Below, in pieces: positions 62,206-64,000 of a stretch of DNA of 64,000 nucleotides. Numbering within the stretch: the first letter of the stretch is position 1; every line of letters starts with the position of its first letter. The position numbers were made by a program, and so were the translations under genes. Below the pieces are notes generated by a model. That model worked only from the letters and a program-made list of their open reading frames with translations. It did not search any database and was not told the origin of the DNA. The stretch is from Synechococcus sp. (GTDB taxonomy: Bacteria > Cyanobacteriota > Cyanobacteriia > PCC-6307 > Cyanobiaceae): positions 480,001-544,000 of the forward strand of contig JBJBCN010000002.1 of NCBI GenBank assembly GCA_047285805.1. The letters are read 5' to 3'.

Positions 62206-62703
62206 TCAGCTGCACTCAAGGGTGTCTTTGGTGGCACGACCGGTGACCGGGTTCATGCCGCTGGCGCTGGCGCAGAGGGTTTTCAGGACGTCGCCGCGGA
62301 ACGGCACGTTGGTGAAGTCCGCACCTTCGATCAGGACATCCTTAAAGCGCGTGTTGAAGGCAAAGGCGTTCTCCAGCACCGCATTACGCAGGTCCGTTCC
62401 ATCGAGGACGGCTGAATCGAGGGTGGCGTCACTCAGGTCGGCGCCCGAGAGGTTGGCGTCCTGGAGCTTGGCGCCGTAGAGGCTGGTGCCACGCAGGTCG
62501 GCCCCTTGGAAATCGGCTTCCCGCAGGTTCGTCAGGTTGAAGGTGGCGCCGTGCAGGTCGACGCCAGCAAAGTCATGGCCGATCAGCACCTGCTTGGCGT
62601 AGTCCATGGCCGCCTGCGCCGGCTGGGCCGGGTGGAGAGCCGCACTGACGAGCAGCAGGGCCAGCAGCGCGGAGCGAAACAGTGCTCGGAAGAAGCGACG
62701 CAT
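62206..62703 (-). CDS. pentapeptide repeat protein (secreted/lumenal)
   Basis: Signal peptide, then A(D/N)LxG repeats; C-terminal NPVTGR.T..TL.C. Confidence 0.92.
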   Translation of the reverse strand: MRRFFRALFRSALLALLLVSAALHPAQPAQAAMDYAKQVLIGHDFAGVDLHGATFNLTNLREADFQGADLRGTSLYGAKLQDANLSGADLSDATLDSAVLDGTDLRNAVLENAFAFNTRFKDVLIEGADFTNVPFRGDVLKTLCASASGMNPVTGRATKDTLECS

Positions 62704-62777
62704 GGTGGAGAGCCGGTGTCGAGAAACCCTAGGCAGGGCGCCTTGGGAATTCTGAGCAGGGATACAGGCTGCGGCTG

Positions 62778-62934
62778 ATGGGGCGATTCGAGTCGCAACG
62801 GCGGGGCGATTGGGCGGAACAGCGGGCCCTGCGCTTGCTGCGGGCTGCGGGTTGGAACCGACTCTCCCAGCGTTGGCATTGCCGCTGGGGGGTAATGGAT
62901 TTGCTGCTCCATACACCGCAACGGCTGCTATTGG
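62778..62934 (+). pseudogene. yraN: YraN family nuclease, 5' fragment interrupted by an inserted element
   Basis: GDWAE.RA..LL...GW......W.CRWG..DL...RLLL; the expected VEVK motif is replaced by unrelated GDYLQKG and the frame stops at 62987. Confidence 0.8.
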
Positions 62935-64000
62935 GTGACTACTTGCAAAAAGGCTTAAAGTCAGTCCACAAGTGCCTTTTGGGCTGACTGCGATATGCAC
63001 GGTGGCTCTGTCGCCAAGACCAGTGGAGCCAATCCTGTGGCGATGAACAAGCTGGTCGCGATCTCCTATGCGCGTGTTTCGACCGGCAAGCAGTCGGAGG
63101 AGAGCGCGAGTGGATTGGAGCGTCAGGAGTTAGCCATTGCTCGCTGGCTTGAAGCGCACCCTCAGTACGAACTGGACCGCGAGATCAAGGCAGTCGGCTG
63201 GGCGCGAAAGCGGGACGTTTTGAGTGGTTCATCAAGGAGCTTCAGGAGGGCCGACTGCCACAAGGCACCTGCCTTGTGGTGGAGAAGATCAGCCGGTTCT
63301 CCCGAGAGCCTGTAATGGAGGTGCTGGAGACCCTCATTCGGCTGTTTCGAGCTGGGGGGTGCGTAGCGGCTTGCGAGTTGGGGGGTGAGGTGCTGAGCAA
63401 CTTGGACGGTCAAAACGGCGCTGTTTTCATGCTTGTGGGGGCGATACAGCGGGCTCGGGGTGAGTGGGAGGAGAAGCGGGACCGTGCTGCTGGCAGCAGT
63501 GCGAAGCAACGTCGATTGATCGCAGAGGGTGAATAGCCTTTCAGGGCAGGACAGAAGGGCAAGCGAGCTGACTACCCCTTCTGGCTGGACTTCAACCCCG
63601 ATGCCGGCCAGTTCGAACTGAACCGGCATGCCGAGTGGTTACGCCAAGCCTTTTTGTGGGCTCCTGAAGTGGGCAGCACTGTCATTGCTCGCAAGCTCAA
63701 GGAGATGGGCGTGCGTTCTCCCTCTGATGGACGCAAGGTCCTTTCGCACAAGCGCATTACCCGGCTCTTGAAAGACCGCGCAGTACTTGGGGAGCGGCAA
63801 TTCGTTGATGCCCGCCACAACCCCGTGGGCGAGCCAATTCGTGGGGTTTATCCGCCCGTGGTGACCGAAGACGAGTGGCGTCTTGCGAGAACTGCCATAG
63901 AGGCTCGTTTTGGAGGAAATCGGCGAACAGGCACAAAGCACCACTTGCTTTTTGAAGGCCAAGTTTTTTGTGCCCACTGCGGAGGCACCGTTGGCGTGGA
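62935..64000. mobile_element. left end of a putative integrative element inserted in yraN
   Basis: Abrupt loss of YraN similarity, an AT-richer junction, an inverted repeat at 62959-62989, then a large serine recombinase. Confidence 0.72.
63043..64000 (+). pseudogene. large serine recombinase (resolvase + recombinase + Zn-ribbon) with frameshift and internal TAG; runs off the window end
   Basis: ISYARVSTGKQ..LERQ; 1-nt loss near 63199-63200; LVVEKISRFSR; TAG 63534-63536; then YPFWL...IARKL...AVLGE...YPPVV...LFEGQVFCAHCGG. Confidence 0.85.

Noticed and set aside
63190..63540. Programmed frameshift or readthrough in the recombinase
   Set aside because: No slippery heptamer at the shift, and two independent lesions are more simply explained by decay or sequencing error.

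Overview
High-GC chromosomal region of a picocyanobacterium (Synechococcus/Cyanobium-like, inferred from gene content and order). It is densely packed and mostly core genes: ndhD (partial), thrB, glk, thrS, trpS, psbA (D1:1 type), lepB, menD/menB, glgA, murF, glmU, aroA, ubiD, comB, amidase/murI, sds, acs, msrA, trpD, carA, rlmB, gatA, an unsplit dnaE, rpsO, ruvA, dnaG, umuDC with a LexA box, and tRNA-Pro(GGG). Five features stand out. (1) At the right end, yraN is cut just before its catalytic E-x-K motif by the left end of an element carrying a large serine recombinase, itself damaged by a frameshift and an amber stop. (2) A four-hairpin leader with a possible pseudoknot abuts the start of a lambda-type lysozyme gene. 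(3) A Coq4-family gene lies among quinone-pathway genes. (4) An unannotated CHRD-domain pseudogene sits next to the tRNA. (5) There is an orphan Nif11-type protein with no core peptide. All product calls come from motif recognition by eye; no database searches were run.
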